Below, piece after piece: positions 13,896 to 27,000 of a stretch of 64,000 nt of DNA. The notes under the pieces are model-generated. The model did not search any database. It saw only the letters and a list, made by a program, of their open reading frames with translations, and was not told where the DNA came from. The stretch spans positions 930,001 through 994,000 of the forward strand of contig OZ037835.1 in NCBI GenBank assembly GCA_964035575.1, written 5' to 3'. This stretch comes from Rhynchopus sp. YZ270_cl-10 (lineage: Eukaryota). A program made the position numbers and the translations under genes. The first letter of the stretch is position 1. The number at the start of each line of letters is the position of its first letter.

Positions 13896-14197
13896 AGGTG
13901 GAACAACGGTGAAACTACACAAAGTCAATTTGCTTCATCTCGTTCGTATAGGTCCGTTCTTTTTGTTACCCTCTCCCTTATTTGTGGACAAAAAAAATCG
14001 CCTAAATCATTCCTCCCCACTGAGATAATTAGGATCTGTCTTCAAATGTTGGCCCTTTTTTTATTATTTTTGCGATTGTCATCAACTCGAGCCTTTTTTT
14101 TTTTTTGTTGAAAATTGACAAAATCGCTCCACCTAGGGAAAATTTATTTTTCCCCTCTCCCCTACCTACCCACCCACCCTACTCACTTCCATTTTTT

Positions 14198-17137
14198 TTA
14201 ATCGCTCGCTTCAATGCAAAGCTGTCCGAAGAATAGAAGGCCGGTGTCCCTGCATGTTCCGGTGCGGGAGAGGGAGGGGTTCCAGACGTATCCGTTGGCA
14301 CAGCGGAAGGAGAGCGTCTCGTCGGATGGTGTGAAGGACTCGTGGAAGAGTGTGCCGGTAGGGGGTGTGGCGAGGCCGCCGTCGAGGGCTCCTCCAATGG
14401 TGCTGACGAGGTTATCGCATGCACGCCAGGCGCAGGCCTTCTCGATGATGAGGTACTGCTGGGTCGAGGTGCAGTCTGTTGAGGGGTGTGGTGAAGAGTT
14501 GGAAAAAGCAAAAAGCAAATAAAAGCGAAGTTGATAGTGCAAAACGCCTCGGGGACGCAGGCATTGGCACTCCGTGGGTTATCGAACCCCGGAGTGTCGT
14601 GGGGGTTGTCTACAGGGAAACTGTAAGCAGGTACACATTATCCCCATCCTGATTGGGAAGGGGGGATAACTGTCCCGGAAGAACATCAGAGAAAAGTTTA
14701 GAAGATGATCCTTAGGTAACTAATCCGTGCTTAGTCACCTTACAGATGTTGAAAGCAATAAAAGAAAACAAAACAATGTGGGTTACCAGGGACTATAAAA
14801 TTGATTTGTTATAATTGGGGTGATTGGCGTATCGGAAACTATTTCTCCTTTTTAAAAGCTACGCTTGGAGGTATAACAAAATTTGGTGTGGCCGACGACC
14901 CCAAAATAGCAGAAAATAGCAGAAAATAGTACCCCCCCTTCAAGCCACACCAAAAAATGGTTAGTTTGAGTGTCAAAAATCATACCCCATGAGTTCTCAT
15001 GCCACTTTGCAAGGTTCGCCACAAGCGCAGCCTCTGCTGCGGTTGGCTCTGTTCCAGTGAGCCTGTTGTTGTTGATGATGAGCTGTGCCATCTTATGCTG
15101 CCCCGCCTCGTAGTGGTGGAAGCTTCCTGTCATCCTGTTGTTGTATCCCTTGAACATCTCGACAGAGGTTCCTGCGAAGTTTGGCAGCACGCCGTCGAAG
15201 AAGTTGTTCGAGATGTCGATCTCCGTCGCCAATGGCGTCGACTCCGGGTCGTACGACCCTGTCAGCGAGTTGCTGTGGAACGACCCGAGGAGCAGGTTCG
15301 GGAACGCTGCCGGAAGCGGACCGGAGAAGTTGTTTGTATCAATGACCATACGCTTCACAGAGTTCGACTGCGGAACGGGCCCGGTCAGGAGGTTGTTGTT
15401 CACAATGAAGTTGATGATGTTAGCGGGGAGCGGCAGCGGCACCTCCCCTGTCAGCTGGTTGTCCTGCACCTCAATGTGCATCGCTGTCGGCGCAAAGGTC
15501 GGGAAGGCTCCTGTCAGCCCAGCCCCACGCGCAATGATTTTGACAAGCCCAGGAAGGTTAGCCACAACGCTCGGGATTGGCCCATTAATCGGGGTATGCG
15601 AAAACGACACCTCAACCAACGAAGAAGCAAACCCGTCAAAGCCATTTGCCATCGTCGAGTCGACAATGAAGGAGGTCATATACTGCATCTTCGAGAAGTC
15701 GTTGACACGCGCCGTCAAGGTGCCCTGCCCTGCCATGTTGAACGCCACAACACGCTGGTCGCCGTTACAGCTAATCCCAGGCCACGTACAGTAATCCTCT
15801 CCGGTCCAGGACGCCATGTGTCCCCCTTGCTCTTCATCGTAGAAGCGAGCACGGTACTCTCTGAGGGTTGCAAGCTCATCAGCGCGGGTCGACCTAGGCA
15901 CGCAGGTGTACTGAAGGGAGAACCCTGCAGCCTCGATCATGTAGTTCGACTCGAATTTGACGACCGCAGGCCCCTCGAGAACCAGCTGGTGTGGCAGCGA
16001 CGCGAAGGCACCGTACTTCTCAAGCACCGGGACGAAGACCGCGGCGTCTTGGTTAGAGTAGACGTTCACGATGTCGTAGTACATCTCCGTCTCGAAGGCC
16101 ACGAACGAAGCTGTCACCTCCCCTTCACAGTCAAGCCTCCAACAGCGCTTCTCATCACTCCCATACGGTCCATGCGAGAGCGTGCCGTCTGCAGGAAGCA
16201 CCACGTTGACGGCGTTCGCGCACTCCTCATGAAATCCTGGTGGAGCTGGGATGAGTGGTGCATCGGTGGGGGCTGCCGTCGCATCGACGCAGGTGTACTG
16301 CATTTCAAAACCCTTTCCTTGAGTATTGTAGTCGCTTGCAAAACGGATCGCCATAGTACCCGATACGGTTACAACGACGTCGGCCTCACTTCCAGAGAAG
16401 GTGTCAACAGCGGAAGGTGTGTTTCCGTCGTAAGAGAAGATGGTCACCTCGTCGTATCCAAGCTCTGTGTCAAATTTGCGGAATGACGCAACAATAGTTC
16501 CATCACAATGCATCATCCAACAGAGGTTTTCATCTGGTGCATACCCAGATTCAAAAAAGTGGTTAATAACTCCGTTCTCAGACAACACGGTCTCCTCCTT
16601 GCAATGCTCCGGGAAAGGGACCATCGAGGGGATCGGTGTGTCCGGGACCGGAGGGGCAGGGGTAGGGGCAGAGCTTGGGGCGGGGGATGCATCGGGAGAT
16701 GTCGTGCCTTCGACGCAAACGAAACTGTATTCAATCCCGGTGCGCTCAACGGAGCTGTCAGAGGTGAGCTGGAGGACGGCGGTGCCGGGGTAGGCCTTCT
16801 CAGGGATGTTGTTGTGGGTGCCCGAGAATTGTTCGTCGCGTGTGTAGTATCCTGTTACCTTCTTCGAGTAGATGTTGATGTAGTCGTTGCCCGCCTCAGT
16901 TCTGATCCGCGAGAAGGTCAGAAGCACGTCCTGTCCTGCGGGGCAGTTGAAGCGCCAGCAGACGTTCTCGTTGCTTTCGTAGTTCCAGCGGGCCCCGCGG
17001 TACCCTGGGTAGTACCGGTCCCCAATGGTGTCGGTGACGGTGCTCATCTCCCCTCCGTTGCGGCATTCGTAAGGGTACTCCTCAGCATGCACAACAACCA
17101 TGGCGCAGAGCACCATACACAAAGTTATGGAATTCAT
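14198..17137 (-). CDS. Secreted protein with three CUB domains, an LRR region and a Cys-rich (sushi-like) C-terminus, ~809 aa, 2 exons
   Basis: Exons 17137-14986 and 14475-14198 (phase-1 GT-AG join, SW-D-CT); signal peptide MNSITLCMVLCAMVVVHA; three CUB motifs (CW...F..FDTE.GYD.V...GF...YTC); N-cap SWTGEDYCTWPGISC; repeats of N.LTG.P. Confidence 0.88.
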
Positions 17138-17751
17138 GATGTTTTTTTTTTTTTGTTCTGAAAAAAAAGGGGGGTAAAAGGGGAGTAGGAATGAAAGGTG
17201 AAAGTGTAAAAGTGTAAAAGAAAAATTCGGTTTTTGCGTGTTGCGTATCAAAGTAAAAGACGAATGAGGATTTTTGCTTAGAATGGCAATACGAGGTTTA
17301 GTACAGAAGCTGCACCTCCCCTCTGTGAAGTGTTGTGACAGCTGCTTTCAACAGTTCTCCAAAAAAAAAAAGGGGGGGGAGGGGAAGGGGAGGGTTGTCC
17401 TGTATTACCACCTCTCTTGGGCTAGGATTTTGAAATCGTAGCTTTTTTGCATTTTTTTTTTTACTTTTTTTATATTTTTGTTGCACCACACGACAGTGAA
17501 GTAAACAACTTTGACTTTTTGTGATTTTCTCCGTTGTGGGTTTTTAACAGTGGGAAAAAAAAAAAAAAAGTGAAGTTGATAGTGCAAACGCCTCTGGGAC
17601 GCAGGCACTGACAAAAAAAAAACCACAAAGTTCAAACGTATTTCCTTCACCGTCGATGTCGCGATCCCCCTGCTCACCACCCACTTCCCCCCCCTTCCCC
17701 CCCTTCTCCCCCCCCTTCTCCCCCCCCTTCTCCCCTATTTCTTGTGTTCTC

Positions 17752-18507
17752 TTATTCATCGTCGTCGATTCCGTCGTTGACTGGCACAAACGGTTTTTTC
17801 TTCCCGTCTGTATCGGAGTCCTCTGCCGCTATGTTGTTGTGGAGGGCACCTACTAAGACTTCGGTCTTATCACGCTTTGCAGTCTTGTTTCTCTGTATCA
17901 CACCAATATGCTCTCCTATGCCCGGAAGGGTAGCCAGGGTGGACGCCATTTCAGTGATGACATCGTCTTCACGCTTTTGGTCGGCCGCTTCTTTTGCTTC
18001 TTCCTTTTTCAGACGGAGGAGAAGTTTTTGTTCTAAACGGAGTGCCCGGATTTTGAGTTTTAACGTACTCCTGATAGAGGAGACATTTACTGTTGCTAGG
18101 CTGAGGCTTGCGTTTAGATTTGATATTTCTTCAGAAGCTTTAGCTACGTCGTGTTCCAGGTCTTCTTTGTCGACCTGGGAGTTGTGCCGTTCGGCTTCTT
18201 GTTGTGTTTCGCATGCATCTGCGTTCGAGCGCTTCTTAATACGCAAGGCCACGGCATCCCCGTGGAGAGTTTCTTGCTCATGAATCTTTTCTGAAATAAA
18301 GTCGCTGCTCGCATGCTTGTTCGCAGTCTTCCCGGTGCACGTGGAGACGACTTCCTGGAGACGGCGGTTGCTCTCCTGGTATTCTAGGAGGATTTCGCTC
18401 TGGAAGTTTGCGGAGTGTGTGGCACCCAAATTAAATCCGAGCCCTGCGCAAACGATGACACCGACACCAACGAAGAAGTAATAGCGCACACCTTCGGAGA
18501 CGGGCAT
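17752..18507 (-). CDS. Hypothetical protein with N-terminal TM anchor and coiled coil, 251 aa
   Basis: Intact ATG ORF in a GC-richer island; hydrophobic YYFFVGVGVIVCAGLGF; heptad/charged middle; upstream pyrimidine tract. Confidence 0.75.
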   Translation of the reverse strand: MPVSEGVRYYFFVGVGVIVCAGLGFNLGATHSANFQSEILLEYQESNRRLQEVVSTCTGKTANKHASSDFISEKIHEQETLHGDAVALRIKKRSNADACETQQEAERHNSQVDKEDLEHDVAKASEEISNLNASLSLATVNVSSIRSTLKLKIRALRLEQKLLLRLKKEEAKEAADQKREDDVITEMASTLATLPGIGEHIGVIQRNKTAKRDKTEVLVGALHNNIAAEDSDTDGKKKPFVPVNDGIDDDE

Positions 18508-19056
18508 GGTGTGGTAGGGGGGAATGGGGGATGGGGAAAGGAGGACAAAGAAGAAGGTGGTTGCTGTTGTCTAGTGGTATGGGAGGAGAGAGAGGAGGGG
18601 GTTTGAAGAATAAGCAAATTTATTTCAAACAAAAAAAAAAAGGCACCCCGTATCCGAGAAGGGGGTGGTGTGTAGAGGAGGTAAAGTGGCACGGCCCCAA
18701 CTGACAGGAGCAATGATAACAACACCGGGGGATAAGGGTGCTACAGAGTTTGGGTGATCTGTAGTAGTGTGGAAAAGGGGAGGATAAGGGCTAGGGAGCA
18801 GGAGGGAATCGCGTTTCTTTTAGGAGTATTTTTTTTTTGAACCAAAAAAAATATATAGAAAAACAGACAGGGAAAGACAGAAAAGGTACAGAAATCTAAA
18901 CATTGAACAAAAATAGAAGATCGGGATTTTCAAAAAAAGCACATTTTTTTTCACCATGCTTTTTTTCTTGTTGTGACAATCATATTACACCAGAAGAAAA
19001 AAACCATTTTTTTCTTTTTAAAAACTTTGAAACAAAAGCAGAGGGGGTTTTTTGTT

Positions 19057-22000
19057 CTATTTTTTCTCTACTTTTTGGGATGCTTCAGCTTGCTCTTGTT
19101 TTGTAGGTTGTGACTGCGAGCCTGCGGTGGCGTAGACTAGTGTAGGAGACCCGTACGCGTCTACCATGGTCTCAGCCTTCGTGCTGGTTGTGTTCACGAC
19201 AGTGAGTGGTGAGAACTGCAGAATGACTACCTCCGTGACCATCATCGCGGAGCGCAGGTCTTGTGCGCTCTCCACCTTTACACCGTTGCAGTCAATGAGA
19301 CGGCGGCCCCTGTGGATGATAAGAAGATGAGAATTATTGCAACGCTAAAAAAGTTGTTTCATAATATTATGGACTCCGGAAACCCCCCCCGATTAAGATT
19401 TATCCTTTTGGTTTTTTTTTTTTTGGGTTTTTTATATTATACTAACCATTCTACGGAATAGAAGGTATAATAGGGTGCACTAGAAAACGCTAAGAACGCT
19501 AAAAAAGGAAATTGAACACCGTTCCCCAACTCCCTTTTTTTCTATTCTGGGACGGGTTGGAGTAGTCTCCCTAGAGAGTGTAATATCATTAAGATTTTGT
19601 TTTGGATATTTGTTTGTATAAAAATAGAAGAGGAAAAGAGAAAAGGACAAAAAGGTACTACCACCGAACGCATACATAAACCGCTTTGCATCAGCTGCCT
19701 CGGCTGGACTGCCTGCCTTCACCTCCATCACAGCCTGTGTGTGTCGTTGTTGATATTATTATGCTGTGCCTATGCATGTCTTAACAGAAGCTGTCCCACC
19801 CTTAGCTTCCAGTACTACATGATAAAAACTTACTGTCATGGAATCACCTGAATTGTCCCGACACCCCCAAAAAAACAAAACAGATCGTGTGTTTTGCGTC
19901 GTGTAAAATATGGTCCAAGCCGGCCGCCAAAAAGCGACTTAAATTAGTACGGCATTGCGTACACTGTGGGTGAACTGAACTGAACGGGGAAATGCTGGGA
20001 ACCGATCACTTATCCAGCCGCGTCCAGAGCAGCGTGGAAGCCTGGAGCGACGCACGACACAGAGGAAGCCCTGGGCGAAGACATCCTACTACCTCTGCGT
20101 ACACAAACCAGACCTCATGCGGTACAGGGTGCAGGAAGGCCCCCCTAACCTCAGGGTCCAATGCGGGGTGCATCAATGCCAAAAGAAACACTCAAGAAAG
20201 AGAAGCTTTTTTTTTTTTCACATAGCTCAGCCCCTACCACATACCATATTACTGCTGAACGCAATGCCCAACTCCTCCTGGCTCTGCCGCAGCACGACAC
20301 AACCGCTCATCGCAAGCTCTTCTAGGAGCTTCGAGACCTGCTTGCTCTCTGCAAAGCACGCAGACGTGAAGTTTGGACCCATCGCATCCGTATTCACCCA
20401 CTCCAATGCACATATCCGGGTTTTGCTGGACTTCAACCCGGGCACTCTTATTGGCTTATCCACACGGAACGTGGTAAACGGTGCTACAAGCACCTCGGCT
20501 TCATGAGGGTATTGGCTCATATCTCTAAGCGGGAGTCCTCTGCGTACACCCTTTACATAGTAGAATACGGTTCCACCTTTAGATTTGAAGGCGTTGGTGG
20601 CCTCGCCGTTGACGTATCGGGTGGCAACATCTTCGTCCTTTGCGCAGGAAGACGGTGCTGGCCAGTGCAAGATCGCGCCAGGTTTGAGTCCATCGTGCAT
20701 AGTAGTGACGTCATCAGGTAAGCCAGCTAAACCGCGGAAGTACGCAGGGCATTGCTGTACCATGCCAGATTCCTGCTCTAAAACCTTGTCAGAATATGTG
20801 TCGTGACACAGTGAGTATAATAGTCCCATCGTTTTCACCCATTTTTCCACCCCGCCCCACGCCTTTTCACTGTCTTTAAGGATAAATTCGCGCGCCTCGT
20901 CTGCTTTGATAATGGCGTTTCGGGTGACCTGGTTCATTTCCCTGAAGGGCGCGGAGTTGCGGTTGGGGTACTGCTTTGCGTATTGCGAGAAGTCTTCGTC
21001 CGATTCCGGCACTGCGGGGAACAGCAGTGTCCGGTCCACATCTGCACCCGCCATGGTGTAGAGCGCCATCACGAAGACTTCGATTCTGTTACGAAGACGG
21101 CCAGACACGCTTTTTGGTGCGACGTCGTGCTTTGCGTGGTAGGTGGTGTGCACAGCCTGCGCGAGGGCAAGAAGTTTGAACTCCGGTGTGTCACAGACCC
21201 GCGGGACATGAATGTTTGCAACCAGCTCGTCGAGGACGCTCCACGCACGGCGTGTCGTGGGGTCGCGCTTCTCGCGCCAAAGCTGTTTAAAGCGTTCGGA
21301 GCCACCGAGAATGTCGACTTCGGGTTCGGCGGTGGCAGACTGAGCTTTGGACTTCTCTGTGTTGATGCCACGTGTCGTGCGCCACACCATTGCTACATTC
21401 CGCAAAGACCGTCCTGCCCTCAACCACCGTTTGTGCGCAAGGCCACGTGGCTTCTGATTGGGGTTAGGCAACTCCTCATCCACAAGGGAGTCTGCAGCGC
21501 GTGTCTCCTCAACCCCGTAGCGCCTAGGGGGGAGCTCCTCAAGCACGTCGTTGTGGCGTTCGTCCTCCTCCTGTGGGGTGAGCTTTGGGGGCTTGGGCTT
21601 CGGCGGGATCGGAATCTGCTCGTGGTCAGCGACGGTCTGTAGGGAGAGAAGGGGTTGTGCGGAGGAGCTAGGTATGGCTCGTTATGTTATAATAAGGTAT
21701 AAAAAGGTAGTAGGTGACTATGCTACCTAGGTGCATGAGGGTTTGCACGATGATGTTACTAGGGTTTTTTTGGTGATATGACATGCTGTATGGTCAAGCA
21801 TGTCATATCACCAAAAACTTTAGTAACATCATCGTGTTGAATGTAAGGGGGGGAGGGGTAAGGAGTACAGGGCATTTGCAAGCGGGGATGAAGACACGAC
21901 ACTTATCTCTCTTAGCACAGCGCGACACATGGCAGGGCATACCTGAAGCAGCTGCGGGTGTATGTCATCATCATCGCTGTAGCACACATCCTTCCATTCT

Positions 22001-24059
22001 AGCCCAGCATTCTGCCTGGTGGTGGAGTTGAGTGTTATCGTCACCCTTTCGTGCGTTCGGGTGATCTGCTCCTGCAGGATGTTGCTGACTTTGTGCCACT
22101 CCTCTACCAGATGCTGCATGCCATGTGCCAGAGTCATTTCGTCAAACAGAACCCACCCAACCACCTCAGCCACCAAAGGAGCCGAGACCCACCGCAGCGG
22201 CGGGAGGGTCTCCATGCCTCGCGTGATTTCTATGAAATGCCGTCGCGATGCGTCTAGCTCTTCTTCGAGATCGATGCACTTCCGTCGCCAGGTGATGTCC
22301 GTTTGGCGCAGCTTTTTTGCTTTCTCTGAATCGCGTACCAGACGTGCCCGGTCGGCTGTGGTTGCTTGGTAAACGATGCCCCGCTCCATGAGTTCGTGCA
22401 GAACCGCCTCTGCGTCTTCTTCGTCCATGCCGCGGACAAACTGTAGTGCCGGGCAGTGTCGTTGCAAGGAGACCCAGTCTGGTGTCCACTGCAGCTGCGA
22501 GAAGACATCGCAGACAGCTTCGACCTCGGGGGAAGGCGACTCGTCGAAGAGTTGTGTCAAGAGCTTGGCAATTTCCTGCAGTGCTAGGTCCGCCCGGATG
22601 AGTTCTTGGAGATTGTGGACGGGAGATGCAGTGCGGGTAACAACACCAACAAGGCGTGCAACGGAGTCTTGGCCGTCTGCTGTATTGGGTTTGAATTAAT
22701 TTGGTTGTAATTTTTCACAAAAAAAAAATAATAATAACAAGAAAGCTCCTTCTCAGGTCCTTGTAGGGTCCCAAAACCCAATACCATTATGTTATAGGAT
22801 TACATGCAACAAAAAGGTCTCTCTTCTTACTTGTGTGCTACAGACAAACATGACAACGCTAACCACGACTGCCACGGCAGAGCGGGGTCCCTAACGGTTC
22901 ACTGGGGGGGATCCACATAGATAAAGAAAACAAAAAATACGAAAGCAAGGAAGAAAACCAGTATAGTATTTAATTACTATGCAATTATTTCACCATAATT
23001 GCTACGAGGAGGTGTTTTTTTCACGAGTGGTTAATTGCACGAGCGCAGCGAGTGCAATTAACAAAACGAGTGAAAAATACACCTCCGAGTGCAATTTTCT
23101 GTGAAATAATTGCATGGAATTTGATATTTAATTGCCGTAAAATTATTTCCGAAAGCCAAAATCCGTTTTCGGCAGCCTGTGCTGTCACGGTGCGCTGGTC
23201 AGAGGTCTGACCAGGTCACCTGGTCACATTTACCCAGGTACGTACCCAGTCACCCAGGTACACAGGTACACAGGTACACAGGTACACAGGTACACAGGTA
23301 CACAGGTACACAGGTACACAGGTACACAGGTACACAGGTACACAGGTACACAGGTACACAGGTACACAGGTACACAGGTACACAGGTAAGTCGTGACAGG
23401 GCAACCACAGCCAACCCGCCAGTCACTGAGAAGTGACCAGACAGTCCACTTGACAAACACAAAAGTGTCCAGTCACGTGGGGCATTCATGCACTGAGGAG
23501 ATAAATGATCCAACAATTTACAAGAAAGCATTACTTAACCTACTGCTGGAAGTTGCCAGGTCGTAGTAACACACAAAGTGTGCCTCCGTTCGGGAATACC
23601 GGATATTCTAGAGACCAAAAAGGCCTCTTCCGCTGGTCAAGGTATAACCGAGTGAACGGCCCAAGACCCCCGTGGAGAAGTTAAATGTTGTAATGCTATC
23701 AAGTAGAAACTGCGACCACTGTCTTACCCTCCTCAATGCATGGTGGAAGATGTCTTTGACAACAAACCGAGCTCTGATTATCAATCGTTAGACTCAGAGG
23801 AATGCCTGCGGTACAGGTATCAAACCCGGGGTGTTCACAAAAGAAAAAAAGAAAAAAAATCGCGATTTTTTTTTTAGCCGGGTTTCCCACACAAAAAATA
23901 ATTACCGTGTAATTATTTCCTATAATTACACGGTAATTATTTTTTGTGTGGGAAACCCGGCTAAAATACCTCCACTGCAATTATTTCCAGACGTCAATTA
24001 TGGCATTCTTAAAACTCCGCTCCTAGAAGGATTTTGGCTTGAGGAAATAATTTTACGGC

Positions 24060-24094
<35 letters not shown>

Positions 24095-27000
24095 AAACCT
24101 CTGATATGCCCTCCCCACACGGTGGCCCAAACGGACCCTTAGGGTACGGTCCGAGCGGACCCTGACTCTGGCACTGGGTGCACAGGTACACGGTACACAG
24201 GTACACAGGTACACAGGTACACAGGTACACAGGTACACAGGTACACAGGTACACAGGTACACAGGTACACCCAGAGTGTCAGAGTCAAGGGTCCGCGCGG
24301 GGTACCCCCCCCCCAATGACATAACGAAGTATCGCTTGAAAGTCCCGTTCAATATATGTTGCTTGGTGTGCATGAAGTAGCACACACAAGGTATATCAAA
24401 CGATAAATCAATCAGATAAACGTTACATCATTGGAAAATTGTCGGCACCGCCCCCCTGTCTTCGTATCTATTACGTCGACAGGCCAAACAGCGTTGGGCT
24501 CAGAAGAAGCAGTGCAAGACACTGGGGATCAACATGAGAACCAACTCCCAACAACACAGGCTACCGAAGTAGCAGGTGGGGTGTTGCGGGTGTTTGGGGT
24601 GAGAAAATCGATTTTGGTAAGTTCCATCAGAAAATTCTTAAGTTTGCACTAGTCGAGAGAGGCTTACCCGCTGCAGTGAAGCAGTGCACCCATTTAAGGG
24701 TGGAGAAGCGTGACACGCACATATAAGTATGCACGTTACTTCAACAAAGGCTGGATTCTGGTAATTCTAAGGGATGTGAATTCAGCCACCACGCAGGTAG
24801 TGTTTTAAGGTTCCTCGCTTTGTGCTGCACAGCGGACTCATGACACAAAGGAGTTGCCCCCGCTCTCTTTCGCGCAAACTTAAGAAAATTCTGGAGTAAC
24901 TACAACCTGGCGTGCGGGTACAGATGCATTGCTTTGTTCTTTCCTCAAAGTCATATCTGATCTCTCGGGTCTGTACTAAAGTCAGTGTTTAGATAAGCAT
25001 CCACTTGACTCGTTCTAACAACCGTTGAAATCTAGAACAAAACAATACACTGCCCCTTCTCACACCAAGCCGCCATGCTTCAAGAGCATGCCCTGGGCAA
25101 AAATTACATGACAAAAATTGGTTTTCTGGGGGAACGCAATATTTTCTTGTGCCTACTGTAGTCCTCCGCAAGAGCAGAGGACAGACTTTCCGGATCCCGA
25201 AGTCGAATTTCTTGCACTAGCTATGCTCCCTGGGTTAAATGGCTATAGCAGTGACTGACTAAGAGTTTCATAATAATTAAGGTGGTCTATGGGGTGGGTT
25301 AATGGAAAAATTGGTTATAAAACCCAACTTTTACGGTCGCCACCTGGTTTGAAATAATTGCACCAGCTCTTCCGTCGGCACTGCTTCGCTGTCACGATGA
25401 AGGGTCGTCGGTTCGGGTACCTGTTGAGAGAAATTGAGTGCAAAAGTAGAGACTGCAACAAAAAAACAAGAAGCCGCTCCGTACCTTTTCCATGCAAAAA
25501 AGAAAGTAAAAGACTGCCCTTCCTCAGTCCGGAAGTAGCACCTCATCCGGTTCCCTGCCGTAAAAGAGTTGTAGAGGTTACGAGATGACATGATAAAAAA
25601 ATATAGTGGAGTTCATCCTCGGGTGTCTACACTAATACAACCAAGTTTTCAAAACAAAATATGCTTCAATTTACATCCGAGCGGGACAATGGCGAAAAGG
25701 GGGAGCGGGGGGTGTAAAAACCGGGGGTTAAAAACATACCTTGCAGTACTCGGCCTACTCTCCAGGTACGAGAACATCACTGCACGAACAAACCCACTAA
25801 TACTGATACCTGCATTCTATTTGCCACATGGTCATGAGTATTTACAACCCTCCCGCTGGGTTTTTTGCTCGAGGGACCCTGTTGGACCACGAGGGGACCC
25901 GTGTGGGCGCGAGGCTGGAGCGCCATACCGGCGTAGAACGGCACGATGGTCGGGAGGGCTGTAGGAACGGGTTGAGAGCCGCTCTTCGATTGTGTGTACG
26001 TGCTGGGGGCCGAAGTGGCGTCAGACAAGGGGACTGCGAGTTCGGACTCATCGACGAGGTCCATAGAGAACTCGCTGTCCTGCGAAGGGACGGGCGGCCG
26101 CTCTCTCGCGTGGATGGAAGAGGGAGCTGCTACAGACACATTTTTTGTCTTCACAATTTGCTCAATCTGAGACTTTGGATTTTTTGGGCCATTTATGACC
26201 TACCACGCCCGATTTTGGGCGACAAAAAAATTTTTTTTGGGTCAAAAATCGACGTGTCTTTGGTAAAAACCACGAATTTTCGGGTGCGCGAAACCACGTT
26301 TTAGACCCCCATAGATGCTCAAAAGTGCCAAATTTTGCTTTTAATGGCCTCAAAGGATCATGGGAGCACCCCTCGTAGTTACGAGGGCACCCCTCGTCAT
26401 GACGTCGTCGTGAGGAAAACCCCACGCCGTGCGTCGTCATTACGAGGGGCTGCCCCCGTCGTGACGACGTCATTGCGCGCGTAATTTCCCACGTATTTTC
26501 CCTCGTCGCTCGTCACGTAATGTCATTACGAGTCCATGGTCACATGATGGTGCGGGCGTGGTAGGTCATAAAATGGCCCAAAAAATCCAAAGAAAACCTC
26601 AGATTGACCAAATCGAGAAAAAAATTGTCAAGTCGAAATTCCAGCCAAAATACGGTCATTTTGGTCATACCCCGGTGTATGTAGTAGCTAGAACTACGTA
26701 CACAGTCAATTTCCTGTGTGATTTCCTTCACAAAAAAAAAAATTTTTTTTTGTGAAAAATTGGTCAAAAATCGACTTGTCTGTGGTAAAAACCACGAAAA
26801 ATTGGCTGCGCAAAACCGCGTTTTAGACCCCCACAGATGCTCAAACGTGCCAAATTTTGCTTTTAATGGCCTCAAATCGTCGAAATTAGGCCTATATAGG
26901 GCAAAAAAAAAAAATTCGAGAGTCCCTTTCCCTGGGAGGCAATAGCCACCGAGTGTGACGGGGTACCCCGCGACGAACCCTAGGGGTACCCCGCGGGGTA

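Noticed and set aside
14852..14985. Hydrophobic C-terminus (possible TM) of the 799-aa ORF
   Set aside because: It follows a GTATGA donor and is intron read-through; the downstream Cys-rich exon joins in phase.
14999..16486. 495-aa plus-strand ORF and other antisense ORFs over GC-rich genes
   Set aside because: These are shadow frames of real minus-strand genes, with no domain signal.
20006..20191. Candidate last exon of the ART gene
   Set aside because: The exon at 19734 gives a phase-correct join that completes a PDZ domain, so this ORF is probably intronic.
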